Origin: Desulfobacterales bacterium
GTDB lineage: Bacteria > Desulfobacterota > Desulfobacteria > Desulfobacterales > UBA5852
Reading direction: 5' to 3'
Length of the DNA stretch: 64,000 nt
Assembly (NCBI GenBank): GCA_963674755.2
Contig: CAXXVS010000002.1
Coordinates: forward strand, 448,001-512,000
In this document: piece by piece, positions 1 through 10,515 of the stretch
Numbering within the stretch: the first letter of the stretch is position 1
Layout: the number at the start of each line of letters is the position of its first letter
Translations under genes and position numbers: made by a program
The notes under the pieces: generated by a model
Database searches by the model: none
What the model saw: the letters and a program-made list of their open reading frames with translations, nothing else
What the model was told of the DNA's origin: nothing

Positions 1-1059
1 TTCCCAGGCGATATGGAAGGTGGCGTCCGCGGGAACGAGACCGGCCAGCAGGCGGGACAGGCCGGCCTGCAGGGCCAGTCCGGCCGCAATACCGCCGATG
101 GTGCCGAAAAGACCCAGCAATAGGACGACGCCCAGATAGAGGCGGGTGATAAAGCGGCTGGAAGCCCCCAGGGCTTTCATGACGGCCATGGAATGGACCC
201 GGGTGCGCAGAAGTGCCGTCAGGACGCTTTGGATACCGATGCCCGCCAGGAGGAGCGTGAAGATGCCCACGAGCTTGAGAAAAAAGAGCAGGTTGTCGAA
301 AAAGCGCTTGAGGCGCGAGTCCGCGCTGCGGAAGGTGTCCACCTGTTCCTGGGTGGGATCCGCTGCCCCGCGCAGCGCTTTCTGGACAGCGTCCGGCGCC
401 AGGTCGGGGGGCAGGCGCAGCAAGGCCTTATAGCGGATGCGGCTGCCCTGGGTGATCAATCCCAGCCGCTGCCGGTCCCGGGCATTGACGAAGATCCGGG
501 GGCCCAGGGTGAACACGGTGAGCGGCCGATCCGGCTCGGACAGCACCACATCCCGGATGACCAGGGCCGTATCCCCCAGATAGAGGCGATCGCCGACGGA
601 CAGGCCCAGCCGGTCGAGCAAGGCCTGCGCGACAACGATGGTCCCGGGGACCAGCACATCGTGGAGGGCTTTGCCGGAGGCCAGGGTTACCCGGCCGTAA
701 AAGGGATAGCCGGGTTCGACCACCTTTACGGAGGAGAGCAGCGAGGCGGAGCGGTCCGCCTTCCGGGCCACGGTGTAAAACTCCCAGACGCGGGCCGTCT
801 CCACTCCCGGGCGGGAAGCGACCGCCGCCAGTTCGGTTTCCAGGGCGGGCAGAAACGGAAAACTGGAGCGCACAATGATATCGGCGGCATGCAGCTGGCG
901 GGCATCCCGCAGCATGGCCTGGTGGACATTGGACTGAAATCCGCCGAGGGCGGTCAGGCCCACCACCGCGAGAATGATGCAGAGCAGGAGAACCGCTGTT
1001 TGCTGGCGGTTCTGACGCAGCTCGCGCAGGATCAGCCGGGGCAGCAGGGGGATCGACAT
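1..1059 (-). CDS. ABC transporter permease, FtsX/YbbP-like (runs off window start)
   Basis: ATG at 1059 overlaps the TGA of the upstream ABC ATPase; frame open to the window edge with hydrophobic segments; YbbA-YbbP-type pairing. Confidence 0.75.
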   Translation of the reverse strand, partial: MSIPLLPRLILRELRQNRQQTAVLLLCIILAVVGLTALGGFQSNVHQAMLRDARQLHAADIIVRSSFPFLPALETELAAVASRPGVETARVWEFYTVARKADRSASLLSSVKVVEPGYPFYGRVTLASGKALHDVLVPGTIVVAQALLDRLGLSVGDRLYLGDTALVIRDVVLSEPDRPLTVFTLGPRIFVNARDRQRLGLITQGSRIRYKALLRLPPDLAPDAVQKALRGAADPTQEQVDTFRSADSRLKRFFDNLLFFLKLVGIFTLLLAGIGIQSVLTALLRTRVHSMAVMKALGASSRFITRLYLGVVLLLGLFGTIGGIAAGLALQAGLSRLLAGLVPADATFHIAWE

Positions 1060-1730
1060 CAGGGGCTCGCAGGGGCTTGCAGCCGGCCGTCGGCCAGCCG
1101 GAAGCGGCGATCGGCCTGCCGGGCCAGGTCGGGGTTGTGGGTGACCAACAACAAGGTGGTCTGGAACTCCCGCTGGAATTCAAGCATCAGCTCCAGGATG
1201 GCCTGACCGCTGCGGGAATCCAGATTGCCGGTGGGCTCGTCCGCAAAGATGATCGCCGGCCGATTGATGAGGGCCCGGCAGATGGCCACCCGTTGCTGCT
1301 CGCCGCCGGAGAGCTGATGGGGCATGTTGTTCCGGCGGGGGCGCAAGCCCACCCGGGCCAGCAGTTCGGCGGCATCGGCGGCGGCGCTGGCGGAACCGGC
1401 GAGCTCGGCCGGGAACATGACATTTTCCTGGGCGGAGAGGGAGGGCACCAGGTGAAAGGATTGGAATACGAACCCGAAGGTGCGGTTGCGCAGGGGCGCC
1501 AGTGCATCTTCACTCAGATCGGTGATGTCCCGATCCTGGATGCGCACGCGGCCGCTGTCCGGCCGATCCAGCCCGGAAAGGATGCTCAAGAGGGTGGACT
1601 TGCCGCTGCCGCTGGTGCCCTGAATGATGGCGAATTCACCCGCAGCGATGTGCAGGGAAACATCTTGGAGGACCTGAATGCGTCGGTGGTCGATGGTATA
1701 GGATTTGTTCAGCTGCTCGGCCTCAATCAT
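1059..1730 (-). CDS. ABC transporter ATP-binding protein (LolD/YbbA-like)
   Basis: Walker [18 protein letters not shown] signature, [13 protein letters not shown]-loop VTH. Confidence 0.93.
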   Translation of the reverse strand: MIEAEQLNKSYTIDHRRIQVLQDVSLHIAAGEFAIIQGTSGSGKSTLLSILSGLDRPDSGRVRIQDRDITDLSEDALAPLRNRTFGFVFQSFHLVPSLSAQENVMFPAELAGSASAAADAAELLARVGLRPRRNNMPHQLSGGEQQRVAICRALINRPAIIFADEPTGNLDSRSGQAILELMLEFQREFQTTLLLVTHNPDLARQADRRFRLADGRLQAPASP

Positions 1731-1963
1731 CCCGGGTACGGTCCGCTCCGTTTTAGTTGGTATTTTTATTTTATGGTCAGTCTAAGTCCTCGACCTCTGA
1801 TGAAGGTCCCGGAACGATTCGACCAATTCGAAAAAAGTAAGCGCCTTCGGGGCAAAGTCAAAAGGGCCGGGCAGCCAACGATCACCCGGCCGGCTTGGGC
1901 CGGCCGGACATTCTGGAACGCGCTGCTGCGTGGGGCAGGATGCTCCCCCCCGGGCGGTCGGGA

Positions 1964-3301
1964 TCAGGACCGTTCGATCTTTTTGAAGGCCGAGGCGGGG
2001 AAGAAGCAGTAGGGGCATTCCTCCGGTGGTTCGTCGCCCAAATGCACATAGCCGCACATGCGGCAGCGCCAGACGCCCGAAGCGTCTTCGAGGTCCACAT
2101 CTTCAAAGTCCTTTTTGTTATGGACCGGCAGGTCTTCGAGGGCGGGCATGACAGGCTTATAGGCGCCCAGGGCATAGCCGGCCAGGATAAGGTGCTGCAC
2201 TTCGCTGGTACCCTCGTAGATGCGAAACAAGCGCGTGTCCCGCAGCAGCTTTTCCAGGGGGAAAAAGCGTGTATAGCCATAGCCGCCCATGATCTGCAGG
2301 GCCTGATCCACCACCTCGAAGGCCGCCTCGGTGGCGTAGAGCTTGGATACCGAGGCGCTCACATTGGGGTCCATGCCGTTGTCCGCCTCCCAGGCTGCCT
2401 TCCAGATCAGCAGGCGCGATGTTTCGACCTTCTGGTACATCTCCGCGATCTTGAACTGGATGGCCTGGAAGTTGAGAATCTTGTCGCCGAAGGCGCGGCG
2501 CTTTTTGGCATAATCGATGGCAAACTCCATGGCGGAGCGGGCCGCCCCCACCGCAAAGGCGCCGATGGAGGGACGGGTGCGGGCAAAGGTGCGCATGGCC
2601 AGCGTAAAGCCCTCCCCCGGCGGGGCGATGACGTTTTCTTTGGGCACCCGCACGTTTTTCAGGTTGATGGCCGTTGTATTGGAGCTGCGCTGGCCGAATT
2701 TGGGCATATGCCGTCCGGGGGTAACGCCCTCCCAGCCGGTTTCCACCACAAATGCGCAGATCCCGGCATGGGCCGCCTTGGGATCCACCGTGGCGAAAAC
2801 GGTGACGTAGTCGGCGATGCCGCCGTTGGTGATCCAGAATTTGGTGCCGTTGAGGATATAATCGTCCCCGTCCCGCCGGGCCTGGCAGCGCAGGCTGGAG
2901 ACGTCGGATCCCATGGTGGGTTCGGAGGTGGCAAACGCGAAAAATTTGCGGTCTTTGGTAATGGTGGTCAGATATTTTTGCTTGGCAGCTTCGTTGTCAG
3001 AAAGAATCAGGGGCTCCATCCCCAGGGAATTGTCAAAGATGCTGGTGGCCAGCCCCGGGCAGACGGCCGCCAGCTCTTCGGTGGCCACGACACCCTCTAT
3101 GATGCCGTAGCCCTTGCCGCCATATTGCTTGGGGATGTCCCCGTTGATCAGGCCGGTGTCGTAGGCTTTGTGAAGGATGTGCATGGGGGTCTCTTCGCGC
3201 TGGTCATATTCCCAGGCCACCGGCAGCAATTCCTGCAGGGCAAATTCACGGGCTTTCTTTTGGATGGTTTTTAGTTCGGGGCTCAGGGAAAAGTTCAGCA
3301 T
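1964..3301 (-). CDS. Acyl-CoA dehydrogenase with C-terminal rubredoxin-like domain
   Basis: ATSEPTMGSD, LNGTKFWITNG, QIMGGYGY, IYEGTSEVQ; C-terminal CRMCGY...CPYC; start MLNFSLS after GGAGG. Confidence 0.92.
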   Translation of the reverse strand: MLNFSLSPELKTIQKKAREFALQELLPVAWEYDQREETPMHILHKAYDTGLINGDIPKQYGGKGYGIIEGVVATEELAAVCPGLATSIFDNSLGMEPLILSDNEAAKQKYLTTITKDRKFFAFATSEPTMGSDVSSLRCQARRDGDDYILNGTKFWITNGGIADYVTVFATVDPKAAHAGICAFVVETGWEGVTPGRHMPKFGQRSSNTTAINLKNVRVPKENVIAPPGEGFTLAMRTFARTRPSIGAFAVGAARSAMEFAIDYAKKRRAFGDKILNFQAIQFKIAEMYQKVETSRLLIWKAAWEADNGMDPNVSASVSKLYATEAAFEVVDQALQIMGGYGYTRFFPLEKLLRDTRLFRIYEGTSEVQHLILAGYALGAYKPVMPALEDLPVHNKKDFEDVDLEDASGVWRCRMCGYVHLGDEPPEECPYCFFPASAFKKIERS

Positions 3302-3828
3302 GGTTGACCTCCACGGATGGTTAGGGGGTGATAGTCCTGCCAAGCCCCGGATAAAACACCCTCCATGGGGTTTTCCGGGGCCGGCCTTCATGGCTGCGAA
3401 TCCATTTCACATCAACCCGCGGCATACGCTGGTAAGGCGAGAACGCACGCTGAGGTTGCAGCGCCGCGATTCATCCCCAGCGGAGGATTTGTCCCCCTCG
3501 GGCGGATCGGGCGAAAAACGTTTTGAAGATGGATTCAAGTGATTGTGCCCGCCTCCGGACAGTATCGTCGCAGGGTATCGGGGGGGAGGGACGGCGGGCG
3601 GGGCGAACGCAACGGGTTGCATGGACCCCTTTCTTTCACCGTTTTCATGCCACATCATGGGGGTGCAGGCAAGGGGCAAATGGCCGGCGAGGCAACCCCG
3701 GGGGGGCGGAGGCCGATGCCGCCGGGCATGACCGCGCTTTGCCGTTCGAGGAGCGGCGCATTGTGGTTGGCAGACAGGAATGATAAGTAGTGCCCATGCG
3801 TATGACGATCAAAGGCGAGGATCGATCC

Positions 3829-4305
3829 GTGGCAGAGCATGATGCGGGCGAAGGAATGGCGAGCGGCCGTTATCCCGAATATCCCCGGGTTGCGGTAGGA
3901 GCGGTCGTGTTCAAAGACGGCTGCGTTCTCCTGGTACGGCGGGGCAAAGCGCCGGCCTGCGGCCAATGGGCGATACCCGGCGGAAGCGTGCGGCTGGGGG
4001 AAACCCTTCAGGCGGCGGCCGAGCGTGAGATCCGGGAGGAGACCGGGATCCGTATTACCGTCGGCAAGCCGATTTATACCTTCGATGTGGTCGACCGGGA
4101 TGCGGAAAACCGCATCCGGTATCACTATGTGATCATCGATTTTGAGGCGACGTATCAGGACGGCGCCGTCCGTTCCGGCGACGACGCCCTGGAGGCCCGC
4201 TGGGTGGCGGCCCGCGAACTGAACGGGCTGACCGTAAGTCGGCCCACACGGCAGCTGCTGCGCCGCCACTATGGTTTCGGAAGCGAGGCGGAAAGTGGTG
4301 TCTGA
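3829..4305 (+). CDS. NUDIX hydrolase (start uncertain, 3790-3856)
   Basis: Nudix box GGSVRLGETLQAAAEREIREETG. Confidence 0.88.
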   Translation: MAEHDAGEGMASGRYPEYPRVAVGAVVFKDGCVLLVRRGKAPACGQWAIPGGSVRLGETLQAAAEREIREETGIRITVGKPIYTFDVVDRDAENRIRYHYVIIDFEATYQDGAVRSGDDALEARWVAARELNGLTVSRPTRQLLRRHYGFGSEAESGV

Positions 4306-4855
4306 TCGGGAAAAGTGGGACTGCAAATACCGTGAAAGGGAATTTTCGTCACACCCCTCCAGTATCGTTCGTGAATTTTGCATTCGGGCGCCGATCGGAC
4401 GGGCCCTCGATCTGGCCTGCGGCAACGGACGCAATGCCTGTTTCCTGGCCAAAAGCGGATTCGAAGTGGATGCCGTGGATATTTCCGAAGTGGGCCTGCG
4501 CCGATTCGTCTGCCGGTCAGCGGGCATCAACCGCATCTGCCAGGATGTGGACACTTTTGTCATTCGTCCCGGGCGCTACCAGTTGATCGTGAATACGCGC
4601 TTTCTGAAACGGCATCTCTTTGCCGCCCTGCAGGCGGGGCTGGCCCCGGGCGGGGTTCTCATTTTTGAAACCTATCTGATGGAGAACGACCCTGAGGCCG
4701 CCTGTCGCTTCAGTCCGGATCACCTCCTGCGCGAGGGCGAACTGCGTCAGGCGTTCCCTGCCTTGCAGACGCTTGTCTACCGTGAACCCCTCAGCCGGTC
4801 GCCGGACGCTCCGGCCCGCACGGCGTCCCTGATTGCCCTGCGGCCGCTTTCCTGA
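4298..4855 (+). CDS. Class I SAM-dependent methyltransferase (TehB-like)
   Basis: Motif I RALDLACGNGRN, VDAVDIS, LAPGGVLIFET; overlaps the NUDIX stop. Confidence 0.85.
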   Translation: MSDREKWDCKYREREFSSHPSSIVREFCIRAPIGRALDLACGNGRNACFLAKSGFEVDAVDISEVGLRRFVCRSAGINRICQDVDTFVIRPGRYQLIVNTRFLKRHLFAALQAGLAPGGVLIFETYLMENDPEAACRFSPDHLLREGELRQAFPALQTLVYREPLSRSPDAPARTASLIALRPLS

Positions 4856-4871
4856 CCAACCTGTCCCGCGG

Positions 4872-5876
4872 CTATTTCCCGTCCGGCGGGTCATGGCTGC
4901 CGTAATGGTCAAGCATGCCCGCCGCTTCTTGCCGGATGGAGCGACGCAGCGCGGCCGGTGACAAGACTTCGGCCTGGGCCCCCCACTGCAGGACCCAGTG
5001 TTTGATTTCTTCGGTTCCCGCCACTTCCGCTTCGAAGAGCAGCGACCCATCTTCCAACACGGTCAGTTCCTGGGTGGCATGCCAGGTTTTTTCCCGGATG
5101 TAGCCGGCCACCTTGGAGGAAAAGCGGATCTTGACCCGAGTCCGGGTACCCAGAAAAACCCCGAAACTGGTGGCCATGAAGCTGTCCAGAACGCCTTCTT
5201 CCGGCCGCTGGAACGTGTCTTCCAGCATTTCGATCGAACGGATGCGGTCCACGGCAAACACCCGCACACCGCGGCGCCGATAGCAATAGGCGATCAGGTA
5301 GAAGGTGCCGTCGAAAAACCACAACCGGTAAGGGGCGACGTCACGACGGCTGCGGCGTTTGCGGCTCATGGTGAAATAGTCGATGCGCAGTCTCCGGCAA
5401 TCGACGATAGCGCGGTTGATCACCTCCAGGGTTTCACGGAAGGCACCGTAGTGTTTGTGCGGCTGGGAGCCCACTTTGACGGTCCGCTGAAAGGTTTCCA
5501 GGTAGCGGTCGGTATCCGGGGGCAGGGTGGCTTTGACTTTCTTGAAAAGGGATTCCAGGGACTCGTGAAACACCGTGTTTTCCAGGCCCCGCAGCCAGTC
5601 CCGGCTGAAATAGAGCGCCATCAGCTCGGTCATGCTGAAGGGAATGGGGATCGCTTGGCGCGCGCTTTCGATCAAGAACCACCGGGCACGACCATTTTCG
5701 TCCTGGTCGCTGTAAAGCGGGAAACCAGCGGTTTGCAGGGCCTCCAGGTCCCGATACAGGGTACGTCGGTGGCAGCCCAGGGTTTCCGCCAACTCGGCCA
5801 CGCCCCGGCCGGTGCGGGAGGTCAAGAGACTCTGGATAATCGTCCACTGGCGGGCCAGTTGGTCCCCTCTTGCCAT
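4872..5876 (-). CDS. WYL-domain transcriptional regulator (wHTH-WYL-WCX, YafY/DriD/PafBC family)
   Basis: HTH ELAETLGCHRRTLYRDLEAL; WYL domain RRDVAPYRL..FYLIAYC..VRVFAVDRI; WCX WVLQWGAQAEVLSP; GGAGG RBS. Confidence 0.92.
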   Translation of the reverse strand: MARGDQLARQWTIIQSLLTSRTGRGVAELAETLGCHRRTLYRDLEALQTAGFPLYSDQDENGRARWFLIESARQAIPIPFSMTELMALYFSRDWLRGLENTVFHESLESLFKKVKATLPPDTDRYLETFQRTVKVGSQPHKHYGAFRETLEVINRAIVDCRRLRIDYFTMSRKRRSRRDVAPYRLWFFDGTFYLIAYCYRRRGVRVFAVDRIRSIEMLEDTFQRPEEGVLDSFMATSFGVFLGTRTRVKIRFSSKVAGYIREKTWHATQELTVLEDGSLLFEAEVAGTEEIKHWVLQWGAQAEVLSPAALRRSIRQEAAGMLDHYGSHDPPDGK

Positions 5877-5935
5877 CGGTACCTCCCAGGTCAGCAGGGT
5901 TGATGAGGGGTAAAAAAGATGCGCCCGGATGGCGT

Positions 5936-5954
5936 TGTGACCGGATCTGTCACA
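5936..5954. promoter_or_regulatory. Inverted repeat TGTGAC-N7-GTCACA, candidate WYL operator
   Basis: Perfect 6-bp arms in the divergent gap between the WYL gene and a small ORF. Confidence 0.55.
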
Positions 5955-6043
5955 CCCCCATGCTAAGAAGATGGCCATAGGTCAGCGTATCGACCCTCTT
6001 CTTAGGGGAATTTGTAAAACATTTCAACGTACAAGGAGGAGCG

Positions 6044-6214
6044 ATGGATCAGCAGATCGGTTATCCCGACTATCAGGAAGCGTTTGAATACCACGGCAGC
6101 ACCACGGTGGAGGTTACCCGCCGGCGCGGCGGGCGGATCGTATGGAAAGATTGGCTGATTTTCGATTCGGTCGAGGAAGCCTTAGCGTTTTACAGCGAGG
6201 CCGGCTATGCCTGA
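6044..6214 (+). CDS. Small hypothetical protein, 56 aa (not in ORF track)
   Basis: AAGGAGGAG RBS; MDQQIGYPDYQEAFEYHGSTTVEVTRRRGGRIVWKDWLIFDSVEEALAFYSEAGYA*. Confidence 0.75.
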   Translation: MDQQIGYPDYQEAFEYHGSTTVEVTRRRGGRIVWKDWLIFDSVEEALAFYSEAGYA

Positions 6215-6412
6215 ACCGTATGGCGTCCATGGTGGCCCCGGTTGCCAAAAAGCAGAGGGGTGGTTAACGTAATAGAATTGTATCCCAAGTCTGTTCCAAT
6301 TGACCAACGCTTCCAACGCACACGACCCGGCTGCCGTTCCGGTGCGGCCCCGCAACGCCCCAGCGGGTTGTGGCTTCACAGACCCCATGACCGCAGGGAG
6401 GATTGTGGTGCC

Positions 6413-6883
6413 ATGTTAGATGATAAACTTCTGGAGTACATCAATATTGCCATTGCGAGGGAGGAGGAGGCCTTTCGTTTCTATAACGAGCTGGCCGGCA
6501 AGGTGGCCGAGGAGGCGGCGCGCGATACCCTGCTGTGGATCAGCGAAGAGGAGAAAAAACACAAAGCCTTCCTGGTAAAATTCCGGGCTGACGGTGTGGG
6601 CCCCGAAGCCATGCGCCTGACCGACGTGGTGTACTACAAGATTGCGGAACATCTGGAAGAGCCGGAAGTGGAAGAAGATATGAGCCGTTCGGATATTTTC
6701 CTGGTGGCCTCGCACCGGGAGCTGTGTTCCTACAAATTTTATACGGAGATGGCCGCCTTGTATGACAAAGATGATGCCGTTCACGAGATGCTTTCTAAAA
6801 TTGCCAACGAAGAACTAAAGCACAAGGAGCGCATGGAATACCTTTACGCCAATACGACTTTCCCCCAGACGGACGGCGGCTGA
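6413..6883 (+). CDS. Ferritin-like/rubrerythrin family di-iron protein
   Basis: AIAREEEAFRFY...EEKKH and ELCSYKFY...NEELKH (two ExxH motifs); GGAGG RBS. Confidence 0.88.
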   Translation: MLDDKLLEYINIAIAREEEAFRFYNELAGKVAEEAARDTLLWISEEEKKHKAFLVKFRADGVGPEAMRLTDVVYYKIAEHLEEPEVEEDMSRSDIFLVASHRELCSYKFYTEMAALYDKDDAVHEMLSKIANEELKHKERMEYLYANTTFPQTDGG

Positions 6884-6994
6884 TGCCCGACAGGCGGTGG
6901 CTGACGATGGCGGCCGCCTGACATGCGCTTCCCGCCCTGAAACGGCGTTTGAATCCATTCTGATCATGAACAGCCAAGAGAGGCCCAATCGGAT

Positions 6995-8650
6995 ATGGGA
7001 CATCATGCACTTGCCGGGCAACCGGCACCGCGCGAACTCCTCATCGACGTACCTGATCTGGTCGGCCGTTATTATGCGGATCTTCCCGACCCATCCATCA
7101 CATCCCAGCGCATCGGCTTCGGGACTTCGGGCCACCGGGGGTCATCCCTGACGGGCAGTTTCAACGAGGCCCATGTTCTGGCCATTACCCAGGCGGTCTG
7201 CGACTATCGGCAGCAAAACGGCATTAACGGGCCGCTCTATATCGGAAGGGACACCCACGCTCTTTCGGCCCCCAGCCTGACATCCGCTCTGGAAGTGCTG
7301 GCCGGCAACGGGGTGGCGACCATCCTTTGCAGTCGCAGTGCCTACACCCCCACACCGGTGATCTCCCATGCCATCCTGACCCACAACAACGGTCGCCGGG
7401 AGGGACGGGCCGACGGCATCGTCATCACGCCATCCCACAACCCTCCCGAGGACGGCGGCCTCAAATACAATCCGCCCCATGGCGGACCGGCCGATAGCGC
7501 GGTCACCCAATGGATTGAAAAACGGGCCAATGCTCTCCTGGAGGAGGGCAACCGGGCTGTTAGGCGCTCCTGCGGCCGCCGGGCTGCGCGTCGGGCGACC
7601 GTGCAGGAGGCCGATTTGCTGGGTGCCTATGTCCGTGACTTGGAGCAGATTGTCGATCTGGCGGCCATTCGCAAGGCCGGCATCCGTATCGGCGTGGATC
7701 CCATGGGCGGAGCGGCAGTGGACTACTGGCCTGTCATCGCCGATCATTACGGACTTGCTCTGGAGGTCGTCAATACGGCGGTGGAGTACGACTTCCGGTT
7801 CATGACCATCGATAAAGACGGCCGTATCCGCATGGATTGTTCCTCCCCCTTCGCCATGGCCCGCCTTATTGGGCTCAAGGACCGCTATGACATCGCCTTC
7901 GGCAATGATCCGGATGTGGATCGCCACGGCATTGTCACCCCGACCGCCGGATTGATGAATCCCAACCACTATCTGGCGGTTGCGATTCAATACCTCATCG
8001 GCCATCGGCCCCACTGGCCGACCGCCGGCACCATCGGCAAGACCCTGGTGAGCAGCGGTATTATCGATCGTGTGGCCCGTCATTTGGACCGGCCCCTTTG
8101 GGAAGTTCCGGTGGGATTCAAATGGTTTGTGGAAGGATTGCTGGATAGCCGTTGTGTTTTCGGGGGCGAAGAAAGCGCCGGGGCCAGTTTTCTACGCCGC
8201 GACGGCCGTGTCTGGACGACCGACAAAGACGGCATCATCATGAACCTGCTGGCCGCCGAAATCATGGCCGTTACCGGGAAGGATCCGGGCGATCTCTATC
8301 AGGAATTGACCGCCATGTTTGGAAGGCCGCATTACGAACGCCTGGACGCACCGGCAACGGCGGAACAGAAGACATGCCTGGCGGCACTGACGCCGGAACA
8401 GGTCGAGGCCGGGGAACTGGCCGGTGAGAAGATCCTGGCCAAACTGACACGCGCGCCGGGCAACGGCGCCGCTATCGGCGGTCTCAAGGTGGTCACCGAA
8501 AACGGATGGTTTGCCGCACGCCCTTCCGGGACGGAAGATATTTACAAGATCTATGCGGAAAGCTTTCGGGGAACGGATCATCTGCGGCGCATTCAGGACG
8601 AGGCCCAGCAGATCGTCAGCGCCGCCTTCCTGGCAGCGGGGAGCAGGTAG
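6995..8650 (+). CDS. pgm: Phosphoglucomutase
   Basis: [48 protein letters not shown]. Confidence 0.96.
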   Translation: MGHHALAGQPAPRELLIDVPDLVGRYYADLPDPSITSQRIGFGTSGHRGSSLTGSFNEAHVLAITQAVCDYRQQNGINGPLYIGRDTHALSAPSLTSALEVLAGNGVATILCSRSAYTPTPVISHAILTHNNGRREGRADGIVITPSHNPPEDGGLKYNPPHGGPADSAVTQWIEKRANALLEEGNRAVRRSCGRRAARRATVQEADLLGAYVRDLEQIVDLAAIRKAGIRIGVDPMGGAAVDYWPVIADHYGLALEVVNTAVEYDFRFMTIDKDGRIRMDCSSPFAMARLIGLKDRYDIAFGNDPDVDRHGIVTPTAGLMNPNHYLAVAIQYLIGHRPHWPTAGTIGKTLVSSGIIDRVARHLDRPLWEVPVGFKWFVEGLLDSRCVFGGEESAGASFLRRDGRVWTTDKDGIIMNLLAAEIMAVTGKDPGDLYQELTAMFGRPHYERLDAPATAEQKTCLAALTPEQVEAGELAGEKILAKLTRAPGNGAAIGGLKVVTENGWFAARPSGTEDIYKIYAESFRGTDHLRRIQDEAQQIVSAAFLAAGSR

Positions 8651-8793
8651 TCGGTGCCGGGCGCCTGGGACGGGGCGACCGGAAGCGTTTTCCCCGTTCC
8701 GCTTTTGACGTTCCGTCTTTATCGGCTCCCCGATAGGGCTTTTTGCCGTTCAGGAAATTCCCGCCGGCACCTGGCGATCGAGGAGAAGACAAC

Positions 8794-9354
8794 ATGCCTG
8801 TTCTATCCTTAAAAAGGATTTTAGTGGGGGCGCTCCTGGGATTTGGGATCGTGGGATGTTTCAAAGCCAATCCGCATCCCGATTACACCCCCCTGCGCAC
8901 GGAAGTCGAGCGGCTCTATCTCAATTACCACGCATTGAAGGCCGTCGACAGTGACCTGCATACGGCGGCGCTCCTGAACATGGAACGTTCGGACGGACAG
9001 TTGGGCTACATCCAAAGCGCGGCCCGGCTCATCGAACAGGCCAATCTGATCGCCTATTACCAATGGCAGCTGCTGTCCATCACCGAATACATCCGTGACA
9101 GCGCCTGCCGCGATTTTTTTACCCTGCGGGTCAAAGATGTCGCCGAAGCCCGACGCAAGTCGAAGGATTTGGTCCTTACCATAAAAGTCTATGATGCCTT
9201 CATTGAGGATGCGGCGGCCCTGGCGCTTATCGCGAAAGCCGTCGGGCATATCGAACGCAACCTGGCCATTTACGAGGCGTTGCATACCCTGATGCTGCCT
9301 ATGGCGAATAAACCGAAGACGGCAACCGGCGGGGGCGGGGCGCTATCCCTCTGA
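8794..9354 (+). CDS. Hypothetical lipoprotein
   Basis: AGGAG RBS; signal peptide ending in IVGC lipobox; helical body. Confidence 0.7.
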   Translation: MPVLSLKRILVGALLGFGIVGCFKANPHPDYTPLRTEVERLYLNYHALKAVDSDLHTAALLNMERSDGQLGYIQSAARLIEQANLIAYYQWQLLSITEYIRDSACRDFFTLRVKDVAEARRKSKDLVLTIKVYDAFIEDAAALALIAKAVGHIERNLAIYEALHTLMLPMANKPKTATGGGGALSL

Positions 9355-9524
9355 CAAGGGCCGCACACGTCGCTGCAGCGCACGGCCGGTGAAGCGCTTT
9401 GCGAGGGAAGATGCTTTTCATCTTGACGGGCCATCATGACTCATATAAAAGCGGCATCGACATCATTCAATGGTGTTTGCCTACTTGAAGTTTACCCCCT
9501 TTTTGGGTCGATGAGGTCGTTGTC

Positions 9525-9743
9525 ATGAAAAAATCTCCCCAGGATCACCCGGAGATCGAAAGCCAGCATAGTGTTCGCGAATTGCGGCAAGAGCTGCGCG
9601 CCATGGGATATCGCTTGACGGGTAACGAAAGCTATGAAGATCTTCTCCGTTTGCTGAAGGACGAGCTCAACCGGCAGTGGTTTCAAAGTGCCAGCCGCGG
9701 TACCGTGATCCGCCGGCGTAAATCACCGGCCAACTCCCATTGA
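9525..9743 (+). CDS. Small basic protein with SAP/HEH-like motif
   Basis: GAGG RBS; SVRELRQELRAMGYRLTGNESYEDLLRLL. Confidence 0.6.
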   Translation: MKKSPQDHPEIESQHSVRELRQELRAMGYRLTGNESYEDLLRLLKDELNRQWFQSASRGTVIRRRKSPANSH

Positions 9744-9775
9744 TTTCCCCGCATCCGCTTTTCCGCACGACATCT

Positions 9776-10381
9776 TTAGCGAGCCTCTTCGAAGTACTGA
9801 ACCTGGTAGGTTTCCACCTGTAAATCCCCCTTGCGCCAAGCCATGGCCGTGAGTCCGGCCTTGAGACATAAATGGGACAGAAAGTCTTCGCGGCGGGGGA
9901 GCTGATTCCATACCTGCGGCAGAAATGTTGCGCTGGCGACGCCCTTGCGGAGAATGACGCCATCGGTCCCGGGACGCAGCCGTTCGAGCAAGTCGTCGGC
10001 ACCGTGGTAAGACAACTTTGCCGGCGGTGTAAGGACGCTGACCTCGATTTCGATCAAGGGAAATTCGTCCGCACCCAAAGGCGGAAAGCGGGGATCATGG
10101 AAAGCGGCATGGAGGGCGTTTTGGCGCACAGAATCCTTTAGGGGATCATCCGAAGACAGCGATCCTATGCATCCCCGTAACTGCCCCTCTTTTTTCAAGG
10201 TGACAAATGTCCCGCAACCATGCGCAAAAATCGGATTTTGCAGCTCGGTTTGGAGGGTGCGCCTTTCCTTCTCATCAACCGGACACTCCAGATGGTCGGC
10301 AATGGTCATTCGGCCGAGGCGAATCAGGCATTGCCCTTCGTCCGGCGAGAGCGTTACAGGGGCGGGCTTGCGGATCGTCAT
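9776..10381 (-). CDS. amrA: AMMECR1-domain protein (AmmeMemoRadiSam protein A)
   Basis: GTFVTL..LRGCIGSL, AAFHDPRF, IEVSVLTP, ATFLPQVW, LCLKAG. Confidence 0.92.
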   Translation of the reverse strand: MTIRKPAPVTLSPDEGQCLIRLGRMTIADHLECPVDEKERRTLQTELQNPIFAHGCGTFVTLKKEGQLRGCIGSLSSDDPLKDSVRQNALHAAFHDPRFPPLGADEFPLIEIEVSVLTPPAKLSYHGADDLLERLRPGTDGVILRKGVASATFLPQVWNQLPRREDFLSHLCLKAGLTAMAWRKGDLQVETYQVQYFEEAR

Positions 10382-10515
10382 AACGGTTCCTCTTATGGAA
10401 GGACTATAATGGTTTTAGCCGCCCCTGTCGATACCCCATAGCGGTCAGACGTCATGCCCCTCTCAGGTTGGTTGTCACGGAAAACAGTGACCGGCAAAAT
10501 TCAGGCGCTTGGCGG

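Noticed and set aside
193..1206. 337-aa plus-strand ORF and many other long antisense ORFs (e.g. 1895-3274, 27027-28583, 34671-36356, 38678-40861)
   Set aside because: Shadows of well-supported genes on the opposite strand, expected in high-GC DNA; no motifs.
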